Source of the DNA: a virus
Taxonomy: Duplodnaviria; Caudoviricetes
DNA length: 37,619 bases
Direction: 5' to 3' (one strand)
IMG/VR virus record: IMGVR_UViG_3300041097_000033
Coordinates: 1 to 37,619 of that record
Positions 25,094 through 34,227 of this stretch are shown here, piece after piece (the stretch's first letter is position 1; each line of letters opens with the position of its first letter). The notes beneath the pieces are model-generated. The model was given only the letters and a program-made list of their open reading frames with translations. It made no database searches and was not told the origin of the DNA. A program made the translations under genes and the position numbers.

Positions 25094-25434
25094 CGACCAT
25101 CCACGAGCGCGTGAAGGCTGCACTGGACACCCTCTCGCCTGCGATCCCGTATGCACTCGGTCAGTACCTGACGTCCACCGGAGCCGATCTGCCGGATACG
25201 TTCATCACCTACATCGAGGTTTCAGGCGTCCCTGAGCAGCATGCAGACAATGTCGAGACGCTGAGAATCTACCGAGTCCAAGTTTCCATCTATGCCCGCG
25301 CCGGGCTGGTCAGTCTGCCAGATGTGGACACTGCCATGCTTGCGGCGGGCTTCACCAGAGGTCCCGAACGCCAACTGGCCTATGACAAGGAAACGCGTCA
25401 CTTCGGTCTGGCGAAGGACTACTTCTATCTATGA
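25090..25434 (+). CDS. Tail terminator protein
   Basis: PDTFITY, HADN, VQVSIY, AMLAAGF and YDKETRHF; gene position. Confidence 0.75.
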   Translation: MTTIHERVKAALDTLSPAIPYALGQYLTSTGADLPDTFITYIEVSGVPEQHADNVETLRIYRVQVSIYARAGLVSLPDVDTAMLAAGFTRGPERQLAYDKETRHFGLAKDYFYL

Positions 25435-25503
25435 CTTCAGTGACTCGTGTCACTGAAGTGGGCGATGGCGGCCTGAAGCTGCCTCGCCTGAAAGGAGTTA
25501 CTG

Positions 25504-26409
25504 ATGTTGAATTACAAAAGTTACGTTGGCGTTGACCAGGTCTATTATGCCCTGGTGACGCAAGACGATGAAAGCGCATACGCGGCTGGCGCACCTGCCT
25601 ACCTGGCGCCGGTAATGAACGTGGCACAGGCACCCAAAGGGGCGAGCAAGACCCAGTACGCGGACAACCAACCGTTCGACACCATGTCCAGTGAGGGCGA
25701 AACCGAGCTGGATGTGGAGATCACCGGCCTTCCCAACAATGTGGAGGCTATCATTCTGGGCAAAGTTTGGGATGAGGTCAATGACCGTTTCTATGACAAC
25801 GGCGGACAGGCGCCCTATGTGGCGCTGGGATTCCGTGCCAAGAAATCTGATGGGACCTATCGCTATTACTGGTTCCTGAAGGGACAGTTTGCCCCACCCA
25901 GCGAGGAGCAGGCAACCCAGACTGATGCACCCGATCCCAAGGGTATCAAGCTCAAATTCACGGCGGTCCGCACAGTCTATGAGTTCGACCTGGACGGCGG
26001 GACAACCGTGGCATCCGTGAAGCGCGTGAAAGGCGACACGGCTGATGCTGGCTTCAGTGCGACCGGTTGGTTCACCAGTGTCCAGGTGCCAAATGCTGGG
26101 ACGCCTTCCGCGATCACTTGCACGCCCGATCCTGCCGATGCTGCAGCGGGTGTGGCAGTGGGCAAGACCATCACCCTGACTTTCAACAACCCTCTGGCGG
26201 GTGGTGCCGAGGATGGCATCATCCTGACGACAGACGCAGGTGTTGTCAAGGCGTGCGCCCGCACGTTGAATGCGGCTCGCACGGTCGTGACGTTGGACCC
26301 GACCACGAACCTGGCTGCGTTGACCACCTATCTGATCATCGTGCCGGGTGTCACCGATATTTATGGTCAGTCGTTCGCCGATACGGTGTACGACTTCACC
26401 ACGGCATAA
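25504..26409 (+). CDS. Major tail protein (phi13 family) with C-terminal Ig-like (Big_5) domain
   Basis: GVDQVYYA, YADN, PYVALGFRAKKSDG..RYYWFLKG; C-terminal PAD.A.GV..TITLTFN..VTLDP..L...TTY..GVTD. Confidence 0.88.
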   Translation: MLNYKSYVGVDQVYYALVTQDDESAYAAGAPAYLAPVMNVAQAPKGASKTQYADNQPFDTMSSEGETELDVEITGLPNNVEAIILGKVWDEVNDRFYDNGGQAPYVALGFRAKKSDGTYRYYWFLKGQFAPPSEEQATQTDAPDPKGIKLKFTAVRTVYEFDLDGGTTVASVKRVKGDTADAGFSATGWFTSVQVPNAGTPSAITCTPDPADAAAGVAVGKTITLTFNNPLAGGAEDGIILTTDAGVVKACARTLNAARTVVTLDPTTNLAALTTYLIIVPGVTDIYGQSFADTVYDFTTA

Positions 26410-26481
26410 TCCATATTCACCCAACCCCCTCCCCAGACACGGAATTCGTTTGGGGAGGGGAGAACGAAAAGAAAGGAACCA

Positions 26482-26820
26482 ATGTCAGGCACACCAATCA
26501 CAATCACGCTATACGGCGCGAATGATGAAGAGAAGCAAACGTTCAGCCGAACGGTCATCCCGTGGGGCATCCTAAAAAAGGCAATCGCTCTGTCCAAATC
26601 CATCAACGAGGATGCGGTCGGTTCACAGGATATCGATGCAATCGCCGGGTTGGTGGTGGAAGCATTCGGCAACCAGTTCACCATCCAGGACCTGGACGTG
26701 GGCGCGGACGTCGGCGAGATGATCAGCGTGCTGAAGAACATCGTGGCGCGGGCAGGAGCACTGGTGCAGGCAAACCCTACTATGGCGCCGGGCTCGAGGA
26801 AGAAGAAAAGATCGAGGTAG
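26482..26820 (+). CDS. Tail assembly chaperone (G)
   Basis: VVEAFGNQFTIQDL motif; lies between major tail and tape measure genes. Confidence 0.8.
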   Translation: MSGTPITITLYGANDEEKQTFSRTVIPWGILKKAIALSKSINEDAVGSQDIDAIAGLVVEAFGNQFTIQDLDVGADVGEMISVLKNIVARAGALVQANPTMAPGSRKKKRSR

Positions 26821-27008
26821 ACGAGAACGGCGACTTTATATTGGATCTGGAGTGCAGGTTGGTGGATAGCTTCCACTGGCCGTTGAGCCAGATCGATGCG
26901 ACGGACATGGAAAGTTTAATCAACTTCATTTTCCGATATCCCCAATGGAAAGGGAAGCACAAAAATGAAAGTCGGCGGATCTATGCCGATGAAGCAAGTT
27001 TTCTATAG
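26772..27008 (+). CDS. -1 frameshift extension of the tail chaperone (G-T)
   Basis: In-frame slippery heptamer A AAC CCT at 26772-26778; -1 frame open to 27008 (FHWPLSQIDATDMESL). Confidence 0.75.
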   Translation, partial: KPYYGAGLEEEEKIEVDENGDFILDLECRLVDSFHWPLSQIDATDMESLINFIFRYPQWKGKHKNESRRIYADEASFL

Positions 27009-27017
27009 GATCGAGCA

Positions 27018-29126
27018 ATGGCTGACAACGCAGAACGGCTCTCTGGAAAAGTAGGATTAGACACCACCGATTTTAAGACCGGGCTGGCGGGAATGAACCG
27101 CGAGCTGAGGGTCATTGAGTCGGGATTCAGGGCATCCGCGGCAGGCCTGGGAGATTGGGCAAAAGATGCGAATGGGTTGGAGATGCGCATCAAATCTCTG
27201 ACCAGTTCGATCGATATCCAAAAAGCAAAAGTGGCGGCAGTGCGGGCTGAGTACGAGCGCGTTGCTGCAGAGAAGGGCGCGACCAGCCGAGCGGCACAGG
27301 ATCTTGAGATCAAGTTGAACAAGGAAACTGAGACGCTCGGGAAGATGGACGCTGAACTTCGCAATACCAAGACCGCGCTGGAGGGGATCAAGGCGCCGAC
27401 CGAGGAATCGGGCTCGGCAGCGGAGAAGGCTGGAACGAAGTGGGAGGGGTTTAAATCGGTGCTGAGCGGTGTTGGAGCTGTAGCCAAGGCAACCGTGGGA
27501 CTCCTGCTGGGTTTGGTGGCAGGCGTTGCAGCTGTAGCCGCGGCGGTGGGAGGCCTGGTCTTTTCATCCGGGAATGCAGCTGCGGCGCTGGTGGATATGT
27601 CAGACAAGACTGGTATCAGCACCACGCGATTACAGGAACTTCAATACTTTGGCAGTCAGTACAAGCTTACCCTGGATACGATCGCAACCAGCCAGGCACG
27701 GATGACCCGGTCGATGGCAAGTGCGGCGGAAGGGACCGGCGATGCGGTAGATGCCTGGGAAACCCTGGGCGTAGCGGTCACGAATGCGGATGGCAGTCTG
27801 CGCGATCGGCAGGATGTCTTCGGTGAAACCATCGATGCCCTGGGAAAGATCGAAAACGCATCCGAACGGGATGCGTTGGCAATGGCGATCTTCGGGCGTG
27901 GTGCGCAGGAACTCAATCCACTGATCAAGGCTGGAAGCGATGAGTTGGAGCGCCTGGCTGATGAAGCTCACAGGGTTGGCGCGGTGATGTCCGAGGAGGA
28001 TATAGCGGGGTTGGAGGCTTTTGACGACACGATAGCAGGTTTGAAATTATCTCTGCAGGGAACACTTGGGACTCTGGCAACTATATTCCTGCCGGGATTC
28101 CAAGCCATCTTTGGGACCCTGGGCGGATATCTTACGACGTTCTCCAGAATCGTGGATACCTTCGCGAATAAAGGCGGAGGGACCGCCAACTTCCTGGCAG
28201 GCATTACCGGGCTGGTAAAACAAATCTCGACGGATATCTCGAGTCAGCTGCCGGGATTACTTCAGGGAGGCTTGGGGATATTGAAGGGGCTCCTGGATGG
28301 AATTATTGCATCGCTGCCGATCATCCTGCCTGTGGTGATCGATGTGCTGCTGACGTTGGTGGATTTCATCGTGCAGAACCTGCCCATCATCCTGGATGCA
28401 GCGCTGAAGATCGTTACGGCGTTGACGGAGGGACTGGCGGCAGCAGCGCCGACATTGATGCCAGGCATTATCACGTTGATTGGAGAAATTCTGAGGGTAT
28501 TGTTCGAGAACATCCCGGTATTGTTTACTGCAGGAGCACAACTCATCGCTGGAATCGCCCAAGGATTGGCTAATGCAGTCCCCCAGACAGCCAAGGATGC
28601 GATCGAAAATTTCCTCCTCCAAATGGGTCTGGCTATTGCCGTTGGTGTACCTGCTCTCGGCCCAAAGATTGATTCGGCATTTCGAAGCGCTGTGTCAGGC
28701 GCGATGGCTGGAATAAAAAGAGCGGGGAAAAATATTGTTGAGGGGTTGTGGGCGGGCATCATGGATGCCTGGGAGTGGCTGTACGAGAAGATCCAGGAAT
28801 TTATGGCTGGAATCATTGATGCTGTTCTTGAAGCGGAAGAAGGCCACTCACCGGCGAGGAAGTTCATGCCTGCAGGCAGGTTCGCGGCGCTTGGTTTCGA
28901 GGCGGGCATGAACGATGAGTTCAAGGCGGTTAACCAGCGGCTGTTAAACACGTTTGGCAGCCTGGCTGATTCACCTGCCTTTTCTTCGGTGGGAAGTTCG
29001 GCTGGCGTAGTCAACAACGACAACAGCATTGCCAATCCGGTGTATATCAACGGGCTACAAATCCCGGGTGCTGGACCGAGCACAACCATTAACGAGATCA
29101 TGGAATTCCTGAATAGGAGAGGGTGA
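27018..29126 (+). CDS. Tape measure protein (702 aa)
   Basis: KVGLDTTDFK N-terminus, Ala/Gly-rich helical repeats, GKNIVEGLW and HSPARKF. Confidence 0.92.
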   Translation: MADNAERLSGKVGLDTTDFKTGLAGMNRELRVIESGFRASAAGLGDWAKDANGLEMRIKSLTSSIDIQKAKVAAVRAEYERVAAEKGATSRAAQDLEIKLNKETETLGKMDAELRNTKTALEGIKAPTEESGSAAEKAGTKWEGFKSVLSGVGAVAKATVGLLLGLVAGVAAVAAAVGGLVFSSGNAAAALVDMSDKTGISTTRLQELQYFGSQYKLTLDTIATSQARMTRSMASAAEGTGDAVDAWETLGVAVTNADGSLRDRQDVFGETIDALGKIENASERDALAMAIFGRGAQELNPLIKAGSDELERLADEAHRVGAVMSEEDIAGLEAFDDTIAGLKLSLQGTLGTLATIFLPGFQAIFGTLGGYLTTFSRIVDTFANKGGGTANFLAGITGLVKQISTDISSQLPGLLQGGLGILKGLLDGIIASLPIILPVVIDVLLTLVDFIVQNLPIILDAALKIVTALTEGLAAAAPTLMPGIITLIGEILRVLFENIPVLFTAGAQLIAGIAQGLANAVPQTAKDAIENFLLQMGLAIAVGVPALGPKIDSAFRSAVSGAMAGIKRAGKNIVEGLWAGIMDAWEWLYEKIQEFMAGIIDAVLEAEEGHSPARKFMPAGRFAALGFEAGMNDEFKAVNQRLLNTFGSLADSPAFSSVGSSAGVVNNDNSIANPVYINGLQIPGAGPSTTINEIMEFLNRRG

Positions 29127-29127
29127 T

Positions 29128-31347
29128 ATGTGGCGCGTGCAATCCTTCCAGAGTGCGTCAGCAGCATCGGCATTCAACTTGAATAACGGTGATTATTATG
29201 CCTACATCGAGGATGATGACCGGCTGCAGATCATGCCGACCATTAGAACGACGGTGATTACTCGTGGGCAATATGCGCCGACCATCGTTGGGCTTCAGCG
29301 TGAGATGGACAAGACCGCGGTCACGGTACGAATCCGGGCGGCAAACTGGCGAACAGCTCTTAAGAATTTATCAGCCGCCTGCTCAAACGATGAGGATGAA
29401 GCGGGAACGTTGACCGTCGCGGACGAGAGTAGCGTCGAGTGGTCGATACAGGGACGCGTCGTAAACCTGGTGCGGACGAAATTCGAGCGAACGTACAAGT
29501 TGCTGCTGGATGTGCCAGACCTGATCTGGCGAAAGGCGGCAGTGGATGATACGTGGAACATCACGGCGAGCGGGCAGACTCATAATGTAACAAACACCGG
29601 CAACCGGAAAATTCGACCGAAATTCACGTTCACGCCCACCAGCATCAAAACAGATGGATTCTTGTACCGGCACTGGGTCTCGGTGATCAACCCGCATAGT
29701 GATCGTGGATTTGTGACGACGGGGCTTGAGCTGACCGATGGCGGATTGGATACCAGACCGTGGGTGAAGGATTCCGGCAATTACGTCCAAATTAATGATG
29801 TGGCGGGCATCACCGACAGCCAGACCACAATACCCTATGATACGCTGACTGGAGCCATACCGACTTATGGCATGGGCTACATTGATGACGGGGTGAATGT
29901 GGAACAAATCTCCTGGACCGGGCGGACGGGCACGACCAGCGGGAACCTGACCGGCGTGACGCGCGCCATCGGCGGGACGACCGCCCATGCGTTTGCCGAT
30001 AATGTGAAGATCTATTTAAGCTATTGCCAGGCAGATATGAGAGACGTCCGGGTCTATAAGAATGGATTGGAGCAGAATCTGTGGATTAACGCGCCCAACA
30101 CGGCGGCAACCCGGATATGGATTGTAGCCAGCGAACGGGCAGGTATCTCGCTCGAGTTAGGGACGGCGATCTCGGCGGTTGGGAATATCGATGAAATCGA
30201 CCTGAAGGTGACATTTGCAAATCTTCAAGCGTTGTACCAAATGCCCGAGGAAGGTGTAGTCCGCATAGATAATGAGGCATTTCATTATATAGACAAAGAT
30301 CCGTTGCGATTTAAGCTGGAGATAGATGCGCGTGCGGTCAACGATACATCTGCTGGAGCGCACACCATTGGGGACACTGTTTATATGATGCGGAACGATT
30401 ACTGGCTCTACGCGGGTAATCCATTCCTGGAGGCTCAAGAGACAGACGACACTCGAAAACCTCTCCTGGAGTTGGGCAGCAGCAACAATGTGACGCGCAA
30501 TTATGAGACCTTCTGGGATGAGACTGGGTTGCGCTCAGATGCCTGGAAACCGGATGTTGAGCGCTCCGCATTTGCTAGGTATTTGAATGCGAGCCAGATT
30601 TATACCGGCGATCACATGGCTGACGGCACGGATCCCGCCACCGAGATGGGAATGTTAATGCGATCGATCTATCAGAGCGGCTTGTGGCGGAACGAAAACG
30701 GTTTTATTACCTGGTCGATCTACGAACCTGGCGGTATTTATCGCGTGGTCTCGTGGGTATATGAAAAATATCGCATTGGCAATACATGGCCTGAGCGGGT
30801 GAGGTTGGAAAAGTCAAAAAACGGGATTAAATGGGAAACCGTGGAGGTTGTCACAGCGCCCACGAGTGCAGGGAGTTGGGGATCGCCCATTTCCGTTGGA
30901 CCGGATCTGATGGGGACCGGCTATTATTACCTGCGCACGATCATGTTTGGAGTGCAGGGTGCCGGGCAAAGTGGGGGGACCGGATACGTCTCTGCGTTGG
31001 AGACAAATTCTCTGAAATATGAGACCGTCAGCCCGTTAATCCCCGAGATCATGCCCCGGCACGACAGTTCGTATGAGCATAACTTCATATTCAAAAATAA
31101 TACAAACGGAACCTACTTCAAAATCAAATACACCGGTATGTTGAATGGCGAGCTGGAGGTGGATTGTGAGGCCAAGACCGTCACCACTTTGGCGGACGGC
31201 AAGCGACACCGAGCTGCATTATTTGTTCGAAACAACCAGAGGGACTGGATGATATTCGACCCGGGCGTGAATGAGCTGCTACACACCGAATCGGCGGTGA
31301 CTGGTTTGACGGTAATCACCATGCACGAGGACCAACTGGCGGTTTAA
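29128..31347 (+). CDS. Distal tail (Dit-like) protein with large insertions
   Basis: Follows TMP; VTNTGN..RPKFTF and C-terminal LEVDCEAKTV..W..FDPGVNEL frame typical of Dit. Confidence 0.65.
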   Translation: MWRVQSFQSASAASAFNLNNGDYYAYIEDDDRLQIMPTIRTTVITRGQYAPTIVGLQREMDKTAVTVRIRAANWRTALKNLSAACSNDEDEAGTLTVADESSVEWSIQGRVVNLVRTKFERTYKLLLDVPDLIWRKAAVDDTWNITASGQTHNVTNTGNRKIRPKFTFTPTSIKTDGFLYRHWVSVINPHSDRGFVTTGLELTDGGLDTRPWVKDSGNYVQINDVAGITDSQTTIPYDTLTGAIPTYGMGYIDDGVNVEQISWTGRTGTTSGNLTGVTRAIGGTTAHAFADNVKIYLSYCQADMRDVRVYKNGLEQNLWINAPNTAATRIWIVASERAGISLELGTAISAVGNIDEIDLKVTFANLQALYQMPEEGVVRIDNEAFHYIDKDPLRFKLEIDARAVNDTSAGAHTIGDTVYMMRNDYWLYAGNPFLEAQETDDTRKPLLELGSSNNVTRNYETFWDETGLRSDAWKPDVERSAFARYLNASQIYTGDHMADGTDPATEMGMLMRSIYQSGLWRNENGFITWSIYEPGGIYRVVSWVYEKYRIGNTWPERVRLEKSKNGIKWETVEVVTAPTSAGSWGSPISVGPDLMGTGYYYLRTIMFGVQGAGQSGGTGYVSALETNSLKYETVSPLIPEIMPRHDSSYEHNFIFKNNTNGTYFKIKYTGMLNGELEVDCEAKTVTTLADGKRHRAALFVRNNQRDWMIFDPGVNELLHTESAVTGLTVITMHEDQLAV

Positions 31348-31348
31348 T

Positions 31349-32362
31349 ATGGCATCCTGGGGCATCCTCTTCGACCGACAGCGCGGGCATATCCTGGATG
31401 AGTTCGAGGCGGTCTTTCAGCGTTCCTGGGGTATCAACATGGTCGGGCAGTGTAAATTTACATTGCCTGTAAAAAGCCCCAAAAACACATTGAGTAATTT
31501 CCAGTTTGGAAACCACCTGGTAGTATTTAATGATGTCGATCTTCCGGCCTGGTCTGGCAGACTCGAGACGCCGCGTACCTGGGGGAATAAGACCAATAAG
31601 CATTTGGCATTATCACACGAGTCGATCTTTTTTGACCGGATCGGAAAATACGCGAGGCCAGACGGGATATCGGGATCGGCGGGAAAAATTTTGCGCGAGA
31701 TAATCCAAATTGCCAATGCGACGGAGGATACGCTCATCCGCCCGGGGGACATCTATAACGGAGGGCGACACTGCGGGACGTTTATCTCTATTGCGGTGAG
31801 ACTCGGTGACAATATCAACCAAATACTGAAGCAGTCAGGCTGTGAATACGAAGTTGTGCCCAGGATGGAAAACAACCGGCTTAAGTTGTATGCCAATCTA
31901 TCTCAACAGCTAGGAGTTAATACGGGTGCGAGTCTGAATGACAGCAATTGCCGTATCGAGGAAGAATCGCTGTCCGAGGTTGGCCCCATACAGAATTGGA
32001 TCATGGGAGTTGTGCCGGATTCTCAGGTCCGCAATCATCTCATGGTGAGCGATCCAGCCAGCATTGATCGCTATGGACTACGGCAGGCGCCGTATGAGGT
32101 GGAGTTTTCGGGGGCGTTGGAGGCGTTGACCCTGCAGCAAATAGAAGTAATGAAACAACCAAGACGGACATTCCGGGCTACGGCATCCAAATCAGGTTTC
32201 TTATACTCACGTTTACGGAATGGAAACCGCACCTATTTTGAAACTGCGAAATATGGATACGGCATCCGCGGCAGAGTTGGCACGCAGGCAGACGTACGCA
32301 TTATGGGCATGGCCTACAGCGATGACATCGAAGGTGTGGCACTGACTCTTATAGAGAATTAG
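31349..32362 (+). CDS. Tail tip/minor tail protein (Tal-like)
   Basis: WSGRL and DPASIDRYGLRQ motifs; gene position. Confidence 0.65.
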   Translation: MASWGILFDRQRGHILDEFEAVFQRSWGINMVGQCKFTLPVKSPKNTLSNFQFGNHLVVFNDVDLPAWSGRLETPRTWGNKTNKHLALSHESIFFDRIGKYARPDGISGSAGKILREIIQIANATEDTLIRPGDIYNGGRHCGTFISIAVRLGDNINQILKQSGCEYEVVPRMENNRLKLYANLSQQLGVNTGASLNDSNCRIEEESLSEVGPIQNWIMGVVPDSQVRNHLMVSDPASIDRYGLRQAPYEVEFSGALEALTLQQIEVMKQPRRTFRATASKSGFLYSRLRNGNRTYFETAKYGYGIRGRVGTQADVRIMGMAYSDDIEGVALTLIEN

Positions 32363-32368
32363 GAGGTT

Positions 32369-34117
32369 GTGATGGACGACGGTCTGAGGAATATGTTGTA
32401 TCGGTTGGATAACGGTGATGAGAATGACCTGCGCAAGCGCGTGGCAAATCTCGAGCAGGTCATTGCGACTCTTCTGGGTAACTCAGAAACTGATCCGGTC
32501 ACCCTTCAGGGTGTGGATGACCGTGGAATCCTGCGGACTGTCTCAGATAATGTAGACCTGCAGCAAAATATAGGCACAGCTGATGGTCTGCAAATCAATT
32601 GGTGGCTGCCGATGACGCTGGCGGATGACAGCCTATCATACATTACATGTGGAGCTCTAGTAACCATCAGTGGCGTGAAATATCTTTATGTAGGCGGATC
32701 ATTCGATAGGATTGGTGGTATTGCAGCCGCGAATATCGCCCGATATAATTTCGGGACTCGCCAATGGGAAGCGGTTAACGGCGGTGTGAATTTAGGGGTC
32801 ACGGCAATTGCGTTTTCTCCGGCTGGGGTATTGCATATTGGTGGTTCGTTTACCAACGCTGGCGGGGATGCGCTCGCGGATTATATTGCCAAGGACAACG
32901 GAGGCAGTTGGGTAAATGTCAATGGTGGGGTGAATAATATCGTTTGGGAGATTACGTTTTCCCCCAATGGGACTCTCTATATTGGCGGATACTTTACCGA
33001 TGCTGGCGGGGATACACTCGCGGATTATATTGCCAAGGACAACGGAGGCAGTTGGGTAAATGTCAATGGTGGGGTGAATAGTGGTGTTGATAAAATCGAA
33101 TTCTCTCCGGCTGGCGTACTTCACATTGGTGGTGTGTTTACCAACGCTGGCGGGGATGCACTCGCGGATTATATTGCCAAGGACAATGGAGGCAGTTGGG
33201 TAAATGTCAATGGTGGGGTGAGTAGTCAAGTTTGGGAAATAGCATTTTCACCGGATGGGACTCTCCATATTGGTGGTGCGTTTACCAACGCTGGCGGGGA
33301 TGCGCTCGCGGATTATATCGCCAAGGACGGTGGAGGTAGTTGGGTTAATGTCAATGGAGGGGTGAACAACCAAGTTCGTAAAATTACTTTTTCATCGAGC
33401 GGAGTGCTTTATATTGGTGGATTGTTTACAGACGCCGGGGGGATTTCAGAAGCCGATGCCATAGCATATTCCGATGGTACAAATTGGCGCGCGCTTTCCA
33501 ATGGCGGCGGAATGTTGGGGGGAGTGAATGTGTATGTTTACGACATTCTAATTGATGATAATAATACTATCTACGCTGCCGGGGATTTTGACACCGCCGG
33601 AACAATCAAGACGGCTTCGATAGCCGCATACGTTTCCCCCCTAGCTGATGCGCTGGATATGGTCGCCGGGTTGTTTGAGCAATATCAGACGCGGGAGGTG
33701 GATCGCCCGGTGTTCGCGTCGTGGACGCCGACGTTCACAAATTTGACGGTGGGGAATGGGACGCTGGACTGCTCGTATGTTAAAAAGGGGAAACTGGTCG
33801 TGGCGACCATCCATTTGACGTTCGGAAGCACCACCTCCATCACCGGGACGGTGGTGAGGTGCACGATACCCACTGGGACGATGCCATCCAGAGCATACAT
33901 GCCGTTGGGTAATACGCAATGCCTTGACACATCGGCAGGTACCATTTTCGCGGGGAACATACAGCCCGCCTTATCCGACCCAACAACTCAAGTTAACTTC
34001 CGCTCCTTTGGGATATCAGCTTCGTCTGTTGTTACCCAAAATATAACCAGCACAGCTCCGTTCACATGGGCAACAGGGGATATACTGGCGGCGATGTTTA
34101 CGTATGAAGTGGCGTAG
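32369..34117 (+). CDS. Receptor-binding/tail fibre protein with beta-propeller repeats
   Basis: AGGAGG RBS; repeated L(H/Y)IGGxFT(N/D)AGG..ADYIAKDNGGSW units; C-terminal WTPT..GNGT...Y.K.GKLV head-domain pattern. Confidence 0.8.
   Translation: MMDDGLRNMLYRLDNGDENDLRKRVANLEQVIATLLGNSETDPVTLQGVDDRGILRTVSDNVDLQQNIGTADGLQINWWLPMTLADDSLSYITCGALVTISGVKYLYVGGSFDRIGGIAAANIARYNFGTRQWEAVNGGVNLGVTAIAFSPAGVLHIGGSFTNAGGDALADYIAKDNGGSWVNVNGGVNNIVWEITFSPNGTLYIGGYFTDAGGDTLADYIAKDNGGSWVNVNGGVNSGVDKIEFSPAGVLHIGGVFTNAGGDALADYIAKDNGGSWVNVNGGVSSQVWEIAFSPDGTLHIGGAFTNAGGDALADYIAKDGGGSWVNVNGGVNNQVRKITFSSSGVLYIGGLFTDAGGISEADAIAYSDGTNWRALSNGGGMLGGVNVYVYDILIDDNNTIYAAGDFDTAGTIKTASIAAYVSPLADALDMVAGLFEQYQTREVDRPVFASWTPTFTNLTVGNGTLDCSYVKKGKLVVATIHLTFGSTTSITGTVVRCTIPTGTMPSRAYMPLGNTQCLDTSAGTIFAGNIQPALSDPTTQVNFRSFGISASSVVTQNITSTAPFTWATGDILAAMFTYEVA
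32760..33490 (+). repeat. 144-bp tandem repeats (4 near-identical plus degenerate flanks)
   Basis: GATTATAT anchors at 32879, 33023, 33167 and 33311. Confidence 0.92.
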
Positions 34118-34150
34118 AAAAAACACCCCAGCCGAGTGGCTGGGGTGTTT
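34118..34150. terminator. Bidirectional intrinsic terminator
   Basis: AAACACCCCAGCC-GAGT-GGCTGGGGTGTTT between convergent genes. Confidence 0.88.
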
Positions 34151-34227
34151 ATGATTACAGGCAGCTACTTTATTTTATGAGAGATTGCCTAGCTGGATCC
34201 TACATTGAGACGTGCCCGGTGGGATGA

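Noticed and set aside
32760-34117. Diversity-generating retroelement acting on the tail fibre
   Set aside because: No reverse transcriptase or non-coding template repeat seen; the repeats are in-frame protein repeats.
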